DNA of 64,000 nucleotides from a virus. Numbering within the stretch: position 1 is the first letter of the stretch; the number at the start of each line of letters is the position of its first letter. This document shows positions 9,230 to 18,862 of this stretch, one piece after another. The stretch spans positions 30,913-94,912 of IMG/VR virus record IMGVR_UViG_3300037246_002669, one strand, 5' to 3'. Under the pieces are notes generated by a model. It was not told the DNA's origin, made no database searches, and was given only the letters and a program-made list of their open reading frames with translations. The position numbers were made by a program, and so were the translations under genes.

Positions 9230-10543
9230 TTATTTCTGGAATGTACTGCCGATCACTGGAAGGTAGTAGTTGCGATATATGGCGTCCCAGTTGTAGGTCA
9301 CTCTCGCATGAGTTTTGGCCGTAAGGGAATTGTCGTTGTGCATACTGCCGAGGATCACCTGCACCACATCAGAATAGTACTGATTCTCGTCGGACGGTTG
9401 ATGATGCATGTGATAGGAACCGAAGTCAAAATACAGTCCAGTCCCCCCATTGACTTCGGCCTGCATACATAAAGACTTGTTCAGGACCATGAGTACCCCT
9501 GACATTGCAGCTTCAGGAGCCACCAGACCGAAACTTTCTTCTCTCGTGGGGAATATGAATAGATTGGACAGCACAAACAGTTTGTTCAGCATGCCACGCG
9601 GAATGCCAGTCTCGTACCGGGCACACCACATCGAAGTGAAAATCACTTCCTCATGGGGAATGAGGCCGCACCTCTTCGCAATTTTGAGATACTTATCAAC
9701 ATTTTCCTTGCCATTTCTACCAGTGGCCCACTGGTTGGCGATCACCAGACATACAGACTTTCCACTGGCTTTGATTTGAGCAAACATTTTTATGATAACG
9801 TCTACTCTTTTCGCAGTGAGTCGGTCAGAACTTGCGGGATATATTTGCACCACATCGGCGGACAGGACTTTAGGGAACTCCCATACGAATGCGCAAGTTT
9901 CCGAATCAAATTCAAACCATGTGCGAGGGTCTTTGATATGAGGGATCACAACCACATCTTCAATAGCCCCGTGATACTGTTCTGCAACTCGCAATCTGTC
10001 GGTAGCATTGGGATACACTATCTTGTGGTTCGGGCGTAGCCCCTGTATTCTCCACCAGTCCCGACTTGCGGAAGGAACGGAGTGCACCCAGTGAAACCAT
10101 CTGCAGTCAGCCACTTCCTGATTTCTTGAAGTCTCGATACAGCCCATGCCGTAAGGGAGAAACCAGCCAGTGAAAAGAAAGTCATGTGTGAATATGACAT
10201 CTCCCGGTTTCAGGAAATCCAGAAGAACTTTTTCGGTTTTCTTCACCACTTCCAAGTGTTCCGGGGTGACATCGTTAATGGAAGTATAATCCTTGAGATG
10301 AGCGAAAGGGATCTTCTGGTGAAGATTAATAGGAACCATGCCCCGTTCCTTATCTTCGGGCGTGAAGGGGGGAAAGAGACTGGAAACGTTGGAAGCATTG
10401 AACTTTTCATTCACGAAAATATGAACCTCATGCCCAAACTGCTGCAGCATTTTCGCTTGATCCACGACAATCCCGGTAAGACTGTAGCCAGGATTGAATT
10501 CCATGAAATTTGTGAGGATGGCAATTCTCTTCTTCTTAATCAT
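9230..10543 (-). CDS. GT4 family glycosyltransferase (GT-B)
   Basis: N-terminal GHEVHIF, C-terminal FIFPTREESFGLVAPEAA (E-x7-E) and YNWD. GGAGG RBS before MIKKK. Confidence 0.85.
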   Translation of the reverse strand: MIKKKRIAILTNFMEFNPGYSLTGIVVDQAKMLQQFGHEVHIFVNEKFNASNVSSLFPPFTPEDKERGMVPINLHQKIPFAHLKDYTSINDVTPEHLEVVKKTEKVLLDFLKPGDVIFTHDFLFTGWFLPYGMGCIETSRNQEVADCRWFHWVHSVPSASRDWWRIQGLRPNHKIVYPNATDRLRVAEQYHGAIEDVVVIPHIKDPRTWFEFDSETCAFVWEFPKVLSADVVQIYPASSDRLTAKRVDVIIKMFAQIKASGKSVCLVIANQWATGRNGKENVDKYLKIAKRCGLIPHEEVIFTSMWCARYETGIPRGMLNKLFVLSNLFIFPTREESFGLVAPEAAMSGVLMVLNKSLCMQAEVNGGTGLYFDFGSYHMHHQPSDENQYYSDVVQVILGSMHNDNSLTAKTHARVTYNWDAIYRNYYLPVIGSTFQK

Positions 10544-10675
10544 TCGGTCCTCCAATCATTGTGGTTACGCTATTGCGCCCACTTTTTATGAAAAAATGGA
10601 TACCCTATTTGCAATTTATTGCAAATTTATTCAGATACCCATCTTTATTAGTACATATTCCATTTATTGTCAAAC

Positions 10676-10975
10676 TCAGTGGGGTTTTTTCACTACATAG
10701 GTGGCGCACAAATAATGTGCCAAATACCCTACTGCAGCGTCCACTGGAACAAGTGCGAGTGTAATTGCCAGTATACTGGGGAAATCAGGTGATGAAGAAC
10801 CTTCAAAAAACAGCAGTCTGATGCTCAGTATTGCAGCACACCATGCAACTGCAGCAAAAAATGCTATCATGCCAATTCTCAATTTTCCATTGCGTGATAT
10901 GAAAAAAACCCACGACACGGTTAGGGAGAAGATAATCAGCATCCCCAGCAGGATCTCCACGAGCAGAAACTCCAT
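10676..10975 (-). CDS. Small membrane protein (3 predicted TM segments), lysis-module associated
   Basis: Three hydrophobic stretches. AAGGAG RBS. Adjacent to a holin-like gene. Confidence 0.6.
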   Translation of the reverse strand: MEFLLVEILLGMLIIFSLTVSWVFFISRNGKLRIGMIAFFAAVAWCAAILSIRLLFFEGSSSPDFPSILAITLALVPVDAAVGYLAHYLCATYVVKKPH

Positions 10976-10990
10976 TCCACTAATCTCCTT

Positions 10991-11305
10991 TTAATTGTTA
11001 TTGATACGGCGTTCAATGGTTTCAAGGGTTGCCTTTAAATCGGAAACCACTGAAGTCCCTTTTTCGGTCACTTCAATCAGGGAAGTAAATTGCTTTGAGG
11101 CAATCTTCGCGGCTTCGTCCCTGTCATCCTTCGCAAACTTTCTAAGTTCCTCCCTTTCAGATTTGTGATTTTTAAGCAGTTCCACCCTTTCTTTGTTGTG
11201 GGTGGTTTGTAATGTTTTTATGTAAAAGCCGAGAGCCAGTATCATTACTCCCAGAATCCCATATTCCATAAACTTTTCGACTATCGTAATCTCTACGCTT
11301 GCCAT
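10991..11305 (-). CDS. Holin-like protein (BhlA/UviB-like)
   Basis: One N-terminal TM (YGILGVMILALGFYI) followed by a charged coiled coil, at the end of the tail module. Confidence 0.55.
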   Translation of the reverse strand: MASVEITIVEKFMEYGILGVMILALGFYIKTLQTTHNKERVELLKNHKSEREELRKFAKDDRDEAAKIASKQFTSLIEVTEKGTSVVSDLKATLETIERRINNN

Positions 11306-11346
11306 AGTGTCTCACCTCTATATGCTGCACTATACGAAAGGCCCAT

Positions 11347-11529
11347 CTATGCAGCGTTTACATTGTAAACTGTCCCCCCGATTCGAACCCTGACTCTTGA
11401 AGCGGCAGTATTCACCCATAAGTTGACATCATCCGGGACATCTGCATCATCATCGGCGAAGGGAACTCTCGGAACTCTACTCTTGACATCCCCCGATCGT
11501 GCGGGAACTTTTACAACTCCGGTCTTCAT
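11347..11529 (-). CDS. Small virion-module protein
   Basis: AAGGAG RBS. Resembles the globular part of 11610..12035. Confidence 0.55.
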   Translation of the reverse strand: MKTGVVKVPARSGDVKSRVPRVPFADDDADVPDDVNLWVNTAASRVRVRIGGTVYNVNAA

Positions 11530-11559
11530 AATTTTCTCCTTTGCAATTAATGGGTAAAA

Positions 11560-11591
11560 TATCTCCCTCCTTAGTCACGAGGAGGGAGACT
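11560..11591 (-). terminator. Hairpin, probable intrinsic terminator
   Basis: TCTCCCTCCT...AGGAGGGAGA inverted repeat followed by TATTTT on the minus strand. Confidence 0.55.
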
Positions 11592-11609
11592 TGGCACACT
11601 TAAATTACG

Positions 11610-12035
11610 TTAGGTTGTCGTTGTGGTGGTCGGTGCCGCAGTTGTCGTCGTTGTGGTCGGAGCAACTGTCGTCGTCGTTGTGGTCGGAGCTACCGTTGTT
11701 GTCGTAGTGGTCGTCGGGGGTAAAGTAGTGGTAGTGGTCGTCGGGGGTAAAGTAGTGGTAGTGGTCGTAGGTGCCACTGTCGTCGTGGTCGTTGCAGCAG
11801 AAACCTCCGTCAAATTGAAGGCCACTACTGCCCCATCGGGTTTTCTTATTTTCAACTTTTTCTGTGGATCATTTAGCCACATGGAAAGCCATTTCTGCGT
11901 CGATGCATCCGGATCTGACTGCAAAACCGGCAAGGTAGCGGTATGTTCTTTAGGATCTCCCGAGAAAGTTTTATAGGGTGCCGTCCCTCCCTCCCGGACA
12001 GTAGCGGACTCGTTGTACACTTGTTTCTTCATCAC
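11610..12035 (-). CDS. Virion-module protein with C-terminal Thr/Pro mucin-like tail
   Basis: About 80-aa globular part followed by about 60 aa of TTTTTVAP/TTTTTLPP repeats ending at the stop. GGAGGAG RBS. Confidence 0.85.
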   Translation of the reverse strand: MMKKQVYNESATVREGGTAPYKTFSGDPKEHTATLPVLQSDPDASTQKWLSMWLNDPQKKLKIRKPDGAVVAFNLTEVSAATTTTTVAPTTTTTTLPPTTTTTTLPPTTTTTTTVAPTTTTTTVAPTTTTTTAAPTTTTTT

Positions 12036-13372
12036 TCCTCCGTTCCCAGCAGACTGACCGGGCCTATGTGCAAACGATTAGTGGAAGTTGCAATCCATAT
12101 TTGGTCATCTTCCGTCTCACTCACAATCTCAGTCACCCCGATCACTATTACATTACCTTGAGGTACCCCACTAAATACTGCCTCTCCATTTTCAATCTCT
12201 CGCGGCACTGTTATTTCAATACCCGTTAAATCCAAGGTCGTCGTTGTCGTGGTGGGTCCTACTGTGGTGGTTGTGGTGGGTCCTACTGTCGTTGTGGTGG
12301 TAGGCGCGACTGTTGTGGTTGTGGTCGGCGGTAAAGTGGTCGTGGTTGTGGTCGGCGGTAAAGTGGTCGTGGTTGGAGCCACTGTCGTTGTAGTCGTAGT
12401 CGGTGCCACTGTTGTAGTCGTAGTAGTGCCGGGAATTGTGGTGGTCGTAGTGGTGGGGGCCACTGTAGTAGTGGTTGTGGTGGGGGCCACTGTGGTCGTA
12501 GTAGTGCCGGGAATTGTGGTGGTCGTAGTGGTGGGGGCCACTGTAGTAGTGGTTGTGGTGGGGGCCACTGTGGTCGTAGTAGTGCCGGTAATTGTGGTAG
12601 TAGTGGTCGTGGCCGGTGCCACTGTGGTCGTAGTAGTGGCCGGGGGACTTTGGTAGGGAGTTGTCGGAGGAGTAAAATTTTCTGACCAAACGGCTTCCCC
12701 TGTCACGACACGGAATTGATCCATAAACCCGTTGAGGTAGCCATTTCCTCCAATTTGCCTTCCAAGACGCAAGTAAGTAGGGCATACATTAGAGGAAGTA
12801 TTTAACCAAGTACCGTCAGCAATCCCATCAATATATAGGGTAACTGTGGCAGCTTTCCGGACTACGGCAATGTGATGGAAAACATCATCAGTTATATCAA
12901 TTGTGCCCTCTATTTTACGGGCACTGCGGTAATAAACAATAACTCCGCCAGTTATGTTGTTAATATTTGCCTGGGTTGCGTCTTCGGAGTTCTCTCCGAA
13001 AGCCCAAATCCTTCTGTGGTTACCTCCCGAAGTAGATTTTACGGCAGTTTTGAGCCAACACTCGACAGTGTAATCTCCGGTGGCTAAGACGAATAAAGGA
13101 TCAGTGGGGACATCTATATAAGAGTTAGTGCCATCGAAGTGAATGGATGATGTGCCAAACTTGGCAGCGGCAGTGGCGTGCTGCACGTCTCCATAAAGAG
13201 AGAGAATATGAGCATGAGGGGAACTGTCAACAATGTCTGTAGATCCGTCTGTAGTATCTGACTGAATGCATATACTACCTAATTCATACATGTCAATGGT
13301 AGTGGTGGTAGTGGTAGTGGTAGGGGGTAACGTTGTCGTTGTTGTCGGCCCTACTGTAGTTGTCGTTGTCAT
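12032..13372 (-). CDS. LamG/concanavalin A-like domain protein flanked by Thr-rich mucin-like tracts
   Basis: KFGTSSIHFDG, DYTVECW, FHHIAVVR..VTLYIDG and GFMDQFRV (LamG-like), plus about 140 aa of TTTTTVAP repeats. Confidence 0.85.
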   Translation of the reverse strand: MTTTTTVGPTTTTTLPPTTTTTTTTIDMYELGSICIQSDTTDGSTDIVDSSPHAHILSLYGDVQHATAAAKFGTSSIHFDGTNSYIDVPTDPLFVLATGDYTVECWLKTAVKSTSGGNHRRIWAFGENSEDATQANINNITGGVIVYYRSARKIEGTIDITDDVFHHIAVVRKAATVTLYIDGIADGTWLNTSSNVCPTYLRLGRQIGGNGYLNGFMDQFRVVTGEAVWSENFTPPTTPYQSPPATTTTTVAPATTTTTTITGTTTTTVAPTTTTTTVAPTTTTTTIPGTTTTTVAPTTTTTTVAPTTTTTTIPGTTTTTTVAPTTTTTTVAPTTTTLPPTTTTTTLPPTTTTTVAPTTTTTVGPTTTTTVGPTTTTTTLDLTGIEITVPREIENGEAVFSGVPQGNVIVIGVTEIVSETEDDQIWIATSTNRLHIGPVSLLGTEE

Positions 13373-13412
13373 CTATCTTCCCCTCCCATGATTTGCAATA
13401 AATTGCAAATTT

Positions 13413-13937
13413 TTAGATGAGACCGGCATTCAGGGTAACCCCATTAGAGGTACCGGCAATACTACTGATATGTAGGGCGATTTTCTCCGTTCCTTGGGTT
13501 TTCCATACTAATGTGGGGGATAGATAATTACCGGAAGATGACCCTTTACGAAAAGCAACTGATCCTATGCCCGAAGATTTTGACTCCAAAACTGCAATAA
13601 CTGTAGTGCCTGTGGAATCAAACACAAGAGGAGTCACCACTACATCTCCGTCCACGGCAGAATGTTCCGGGTGTACCACGAGAACACTGTTGTCTCCCAC
13701 ATCCAGCACATTGTCAGTAAGATCAGCCGACAGGTTGGTGAGATCTACCCCATCCGCAACAGTGACTGGGGTACTGCCTCGATTAGCCTCAGGGACGAAC
13801 TGCCTGGACGCGGTATCTACCACCTGTATATGCCTTGTGTTAGCACTCCCGTCCAATTCTGCCGCCTCGCGTGTTGCTATGTTGGGGCCAGTGGTAGCTT
13901 CTCTGACTTGAACTGATGTATTACTCTCAAGTGTCAT
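13413..13937 (-). CDS. Hypothetical virion protein
   Basis: AAGGAG RBS. Beta-rich composition. Located in the tail module. Confidence 0.65.
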   Translation of the reverse strand: MTLESNTSVQVREATTGPNIATREAAELDGSANTRHIQVVDTASRQFVPEANRGSTPVTVADGVDLTNLSADLTDNVLDVGDNSVLVVHPEHSAVDGDVVVTPLVFDSTGTTVIAVLESKSSGIGSVAFRKGSSSGNYLSPTLVWKTQGTEKIALHISSIAGTSNGVTLNAGLI

Positions 13938-13991
13938 GTCTGTATTCTCCTTGATTAAGATTCACGCTATGTAGATTAAATACCATATTAT

Positions 13992-14432
13992 CTACTGCCG
14001 GTCAATTGCCTCTTGCTGGGCAAGACTATACTCCTCCTCGATGTCCTCTGTACTGTACACCTCGAAAGAACAGGCCATACATTCCCACACACTTTTGTAG
14101 CCGTAGATGTTTTGCCTTCCTTTCGGGCGAGTTACTTTTCTGAGCCACATATCAGAGTCACACTTTTCGCAGTATTTTGCGGCTGAAGTATCATTGTGTA
14201 CTGGAGGGTTTAAGTTTAAGCCGGAATCAGGTAAAACTGTTCCTTCAGGAATTTTTGCCAGTTCCTCATTGTACATTTCCTTTCGGTTAACGATGTACTG
14301 TTGCAATTCTCCCACTGTCACTCCCCTGGTCAGAATACCCTCCAGCATGGTAATCATATCTTCAACTTTCCCGAAGGAATAAGGAGCGAGTACCATTTCT
14401 ATGATTTTCAATTTTTCTTTATGTAATTCCAT
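13992..14432 (-). CDS. Hypothetical protein with C-terminal Zn-ribbon (CxxC...CxxC)
   Basis: Start moved to MELHKEK (AAGGA RBS). CEKC and CMAC motifs. Confidence 0.6.
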   Translation of the reverse strand: MELHKEKLKIIEMVLAPYSFGKVEDMITMLEGILTRGVTVGELQQYIVNRKEMYNEELAKIPEGTVLPDSGLNLNPPVHNDTSAAKYCEKCDSDMWLRKVTRPKGRQNIYGYKSVWECMACSFEVYSTEDIEEEYSLAQQEAIDRQ

Positions 14433-14445
14433 CAGTATTCCTTTC

Positions 14446-17400
14446 TTAGTCACACCACCACTCATAAACGGAAAGAGATGCCTGCGGTTTTCTACAACCA
14501 GTGCCCATTGTACACTGTGAATCGGAAGCACAGTGCCCGAAGCCGCCACACGAGGCGCAATACCCATCTGGCCACGTATTAGGTAGACACTGAGTCCTTC
14601 TGACAACTCGTTTACCTGCCTCTACAGTATCAGAATGGAATCCTGGGCCAGCGCCTCCGCAGCCTGCGGTGCGGCCATCAGAACATATCCAATGCCAACT
14701 TCCGCCAACTGTTAGTATGTAACCATGGGCTAATTTGCCACACCTATCAGTAACGGTCACATGCGCCACTCCGCAATATCCCTCTACCGTACTAACTGTG
14801 TTATATCCCGAAGCGCCGGTATATTCAGATCCAATTGCAAATCCAGCGGATACTTCCCAGCGCAAAGGAGCTGTTCCTCCTATTACGTGGACACTACAAA
14901 TGCCCTCTATAGTTTCGGGGCCATCCCACTCCATAGTTGGGAGTGTTTTCTCCATTGATTTAGAATCAGAATACCCGCAAGCCCCTTCCGCAGAAACTGT
15001 TACTAACTCAGTACAGGGATCTTCTTCCGCAATTTGGTTGGATTGACCCCCGGTCACCTCCTGGCCTAACGTCCATCCATCACTAACATCCCACACGTAA
15101 TTTGGCCTGCCTCCCACTATGCTAACACCCTGTTTGTCTCCACTGTAAGTTTCAGGCAATGTCATTACCATGTCCTCAATGGGAATTATAGGAATTTCCA
15201 AGTCAACAACCTCTTCGCAGTAGTCAACGACAGTAACTGTCACATCCCCTTCAGTACATTCCTCAGTACCATGCATTTTGTTGGTGGTACGGTTGGTTAT
15301 TGGCATATCAAATTCAAATCCATTGGTGGCAGACCACTCATATGGGGGCCTCCCGCTACCTTCGAGGAGTAACTTTACAACTTGCAAAGCAGATACTTCG
15401 TCAGAAGAAGATGAGAGGACCAAAGGACCGTCTTCCCCCTCCACCTGTATTGCGAGGGAATCACTTTCATCGCAATCATCCGTAGCGGTAACTGTAATCT
15501 GGTCACTTATAGAACAGTCCTCGTTCGGAATTATTGTGTTTATCCTGCCATCTGCATCTGGTTCAGCCAGTTCAAACCCAGATCCTGAGAGGTCCCATTC
15601 AAAAGGTTCCATGCCCCCTCTCACACTAACTGCTTTACTAATTCCGTGAAATATAGTCTTCGGTCCCTTAACTACCACTTTCGGTTCTGGAGGTTGAACA
15701 GTGAATACCACTTCGGTATTACAGGCATCGGTGACGGTTACCTCACATATATCATACTGACTGCACGTACCATCCAGGGTAATATAATTGGTATTCCCCA
15801 TGGTTTGCGCGAAAGCTACGTTAAATCCCGCACTGACTGACCAGTTGAGAGGTTTCTTGCCTCCAACTGTGCCTACAGATACCCCTGCCGATGACGGAAA
15901 CTTCGATGGGTTACCTGGAGATGCTGCAAATTGGGGGTTACCTCCCAACTGGACCGTACATGATACCGAATCATCGCAAATATCAGTAACTGTAATTGTT
16001 ACTTCTTCGCCTTCCGCACCAGTGCACCCAGAGGGAGCATGTAAAATATTTGTTCGATAACTTGTCGTAACATGTGCTAAAGTGCAGTTACCCCCACTTA
16101 CTTCCCACGTAAAAGGGCCTGTACCGTAGATAATGGAAATGTCCTCCGATGCATTGGGCGCGATAAGTTCCGGGTTGGAATCACTGCACTCTATTGGGAG
16201 AGATTCCGGAACGTTGAGGGTGGTGGATATTGTATCAAAGCAGGCATCTTCACATTCTACTGTGATATTTCCTTCAGCACAGATATCTCGGAATACCACA
16301 TTATGGCGATCCCATGTCTCCAGCGTAACTATGTGTCCGTCTCCAGAAACCACACTCCACTGGAACGGTGGCACTCCATTTTCCAAATACAGTTCGGCAT
16401 ACCCGAAACCGTAAGTCCCAGTCCATGTGTCTTCATGCCATTTAAACTCCAGGGGCTCCGAAGTAACATGACAGTTCAACTGCGATTCGCAGGCATCTGT
16501 AGCCGCCAAATCGAAACCACCGGATGCCGCGCTACAGGGATCATCGGCCACGACTGTCACTTCCCGCCCTACTGGTAATGGGCCAGTTTCGGGGTTCTCC
16601 GGGTCAGAAGATACAATGTGGAAATCATCAGATCCACTCAGTTCCCATATTATATCCAAAGCTCCCCCAACTACCCTAAAAATAGCGGAACCGGAGGGAG
16701 GGAATTCTGTCGGGTTGTCGGGGTACCATTTAAATTCCTGTTCGTCTACTTCCACAGTAATACTTGCAGTCTGGTCACAGGCGTCTGTCAGCGTAACACT
16801 ACATGTGGGTTCTATGCACTTTACGCTACTGGGAGTAATATAGTTGGTAGGGGCACTGGTGGAAGGCCACTTTAATACCCATCCAGGAGCACCGGGAGTT
16901 ACTTCCCAGGAGTAGGGAGGTTTTCCCCCTCTAAAGTCCACCCGGTATTCTTCTCCGCGTTCTGCTTTATACTCTACCTCGAATACAGACTCACTACTCG
17001 GTTCAGGGGAACTATAATGGATGCAGCACGTGTTTCTGGGAATTTCTGTGACAGGTATGTCGCATACTCTTGCACACTCATCTTCACATCTGACCACAAT
17101 TGGGCCACATAACTCCGCATCTGACCTATGTAAACACACAACTGGCCCAGTGTCATGATCCCTAAACTCCACACCCGATCCTTCTTCCACTGACCAACTG
17201 TATCCTGTACAAGTCGGACCGTCCACAGGGAGCACGCCCACGAAATCGACGGATTCCGGATTATCGTGTATCTCAACCGGCAGGTAACTCCTGTCTACCT
17301 TCAAATCCCCCACACAGCACAGTTTGGAAATTTGAATTCTTACAATGCAATCAGTGCCGCAATCATCTGTCACTGTCACACTTCCTTCAGCCCCTTCATT

Positions 17401-18228
17401 AGGATCACGGCAGGCACACTCACTTGCCCGCAATGTATTAGACATATCAAAAGAAGGGGGGCCGGGAAGCCACTCAATAGGATCGGTTTCGAAATGGCGA
17501 GGGGCTTCCACATCAGTAGCCATCCGCAGCCAGCCACCACTTGCGGTCCATGTGTAAGGAGGACATCCCCCGGTGATAGTAAGCAGCACTCCCCTTGCAG
17601 GATCTACTTCCACCACCAGATTAGTTACGAGTTCTGTTTGGTGATATATGTCGATGACTTCGGAGTCACATTGATCGCAGCACGTCTTTTCCTTCACTTC
17701 ATAAGAATCCGTGGTGACCAGATTCCCTTGACATACTTGAATGTGTGCAGGAGTAGGTTCGTGCGCATCCGGAGTGGCCTGCACTTCCATATACTCCTTG
17801 TCATATTCTATCACCAAAACACCAGTCACAGGTCGGGATAATGACACTTTAAGTCCCTGGATTACGGGAGGGGGTTCAAATCCATCCACAGTGCCTTTCC
17901 ACCAGTACGCTATTACAGCAGTGACTAAATTACTCAGGACTCCGGTGTCCTCTTCAATGAAGACAACTTCGCAGGCGGATTCCTCTATTTGGATCACCTC
18001 ATTTACCACTATGGCCCCGTTGGTGGTACCTGCCGTGACAGGGAGTTCTGGCATATTGGTATAGTAACGAAAACGGGCAGTCTCCCCTACGTCATAGGGA
18101 GGCCCGTTGATCCCGTTTTCTTCACAATTTTCTAAAACTGAACTTAGGTGAGCGGACAATTCAGCATAGATGTCTTCCTCTTCATCAGGAATATATGCCC
18201 GGAAAATGATGTCCAGAGTTTTCAGCAC
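14446..18228 (-). CDS. Large acidic Cys-rich repeat protein (11 Ig-like repeats), putative tail-tip/receptor-binding protein
   Basis: Eleven repeats of about 85-100 aa with G-G-x-P-P-x-x-W and V-T-x-T-D-x-C signatures. Located downstream of the tape measure. Confidence 0.75.
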   Translation of the reverse strand: MLKTLDIIFRAYIPDEEEDIYAELSAHLSSVLENCEENGINGPPYDVGETARFRYYTNMPELPVTAGTTNGAIVVNEVIQIEESACEVVFIEEDTGVLSNLVTAVIAYWWKGTVDGFEPPPVIQGLKVSLSRPVTGVLVIEYDKEYMEVQATPDAHEPTPAHIQVCQGNLVTTDSYEVKEKTCCDQCDSEVIDIYHQTELVTNLVVEVDPARGVLLTITGGCPPYTWTASGGWLRMATDVEAPRHFETDPIEWLPGPPSFDMSNTLRASECACRDPNEGAEGSVTVTDDCGTDCIVRIQISKLCCVGDLKVDRSYLPVEIHDNPESVDFVGVLPVDGPTCTGYSWSVEEGSGVEFRDHDTGPVVCLHRSDAELCGPIVVRCEDECARVCDIPVTEIPRNTCCIHYSSPEPSSESVFEVEYKAERGEEYRVDFRGGKPPYSWEVTPGAPGWVLKWPSTSAPTNYITPSSVKCIEPTCSVTLTDACDQTASITVEVDEQEFKWYPDNPTEFPPSGSAIFRVVGGALDIIWELSGSDDFHIVSSDPENPETGPLPVGREVTVVADDPCSAASGGFDLAATDACESQLNCHVTSEPLEFKWHEDTWTGTYGFGYAELYLENGVPPFQWSVVSGDGHIVTLETWDRHNVVFRDICAEGNITVECEDACFDTISTTLNVPESLPIECSDSNPELIAPNASEDISIIYGTGPFTWEVSGGNCTLAHVTTSYRTNILHAPSGCTGAEGEEVTITVTDICDDSVSCTVQLGGNPQFAASPGNPSKFPSSAGVSVGTVGGKKPLNWSVSAGFNVAFAQTMGNTNYITLDGTCSQYDICEVTVTDACNTEVVFTVQPPEPKVVVKGPKTIFHGISKAVSVRGGMEPFEWDLSGSGFELAEPDADGRINTIIPNEDCSISDQITVTATDDCDESDSLAIQVEGEDGPLVLSSSSDEVSALQVVKLLLEGSGRPPYEWSATNGFEFDMPITNRTTNKMHGTEECTEGDVTVTVVDYCEEVVDLEIPIIPIEDMVMTLPETYSGDKQGVSIVGGRPNYVWDVSDGWTLGQEVTGGQSNQIAEEDPCTELVTVSAEGACGYSDSKSMEKTLPTMEWDGPETIEGICSVHVIGGTAPLRWEVSAGFAIGSEYTGASGYNTVSTVEGYCGVAHVTVTDRCGKLAHGYILTVGGSWHWICSDGRTAGCGGAGPGFHSDTVEAGKRVVRRTQCLPNTWPDGYCASCGGFGHCASDSQCTMGTGCRKPQASLSVYEWWCD

Positions 18229-18242
18229 GATTTCTTCCTCCT

Positions 18243-18854
18243 CTACTCTTCCTCGGCGGCACCAACTGCAAATTGATAAGTGGTTTGTTTGTACTTTTCA
18301 CCCTGGTCAGGAATTATCTGGCGCACTACCAGCAAAGCAGTAGCATCATACTCGTCCGGCAATACGGTAGGTTTGGGGTCGAATATCACCATAATGGCAG
18401 TTGCCCTGGTCAGATAGGTTACTTTTACAATGCCTGTTACTACTGATGAAGTATTCGCAACCACAGAATTTGCGACAGCGTCATACAAAATGGGAGGTTG
18501 TGGCCGCATAGGTTCACAGCCAGTTATAACTTCTCCGATCCATTCCATGGAAGTAGGAGGTTCGAATGGTACTTGTGTTAATTCTCCTCCAGTTCCCTGA
18601 GTGATAGCGACTACTTCCTCAACTAATACTCCGGACGTGTACAGAATCCTGGCGGTTCCTCCTATCAGACTAACTTGCACAGGAGTGGCAAGTGGGGTTG
18701 TGTACAAGACCTCATATTCAACACCATCCACATAAGGACCTTCGACAGTAGGTTCGAGTGACGTGTGAATTTCATCTACTGTCAGAACCCCATCATCAAC
18801 TTCGATGACTGTCTTTCTAAACACTACAGTAGTTACATCGGTAATCTTTGCCAT
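18243..18854 (-). CDS. Tail-associated protein
   Basis: Tightly packed ORF in the tail module. Confidence 0.65.
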   Translation of the reverse strand: MAKITDVTTVVFRKTVIEVDDGVLTVDEIHTSLEPTVEGPYVDGVEYEVLYTTPLATPVQVSLIGGTARILYTSGVLVEEVVAITQGTGGELTQVPFEPPTSMEWIGEVITGCEPMRPQPPILYDAVANSVVANTSSVVTGIVKVTYLTRATAIMVIFDPKPTVLPDEYDATALLVVRQIIPDQGEKYKQTTYQFAVGAAEEE

Positions 18855-18862
18855 GACAGTAT

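Noticed and set aside
6112-10543. Host LPS/capsule operon or chimeric assembly
   Set aside because: The cluster is co-oriented with phage genes, bracketed by phage TTGCAA boxes (6105, 10609), and lacks flippase, polymerase or export genes.
12216-12785. His/Tyr/Asp-rich minus-strand ORF and poly-Val plus-strand ORFs (11623, 12249)
   Set aside because: These are shadow frames of the Thr-codon repeats. The Thr frame has the RBS and the LamG domain.
14446-14700. Diversity-generating retroelement target at the tip of the repeat protein
   Set aside because: No reverse transcriptase or template repeat seen in the window.
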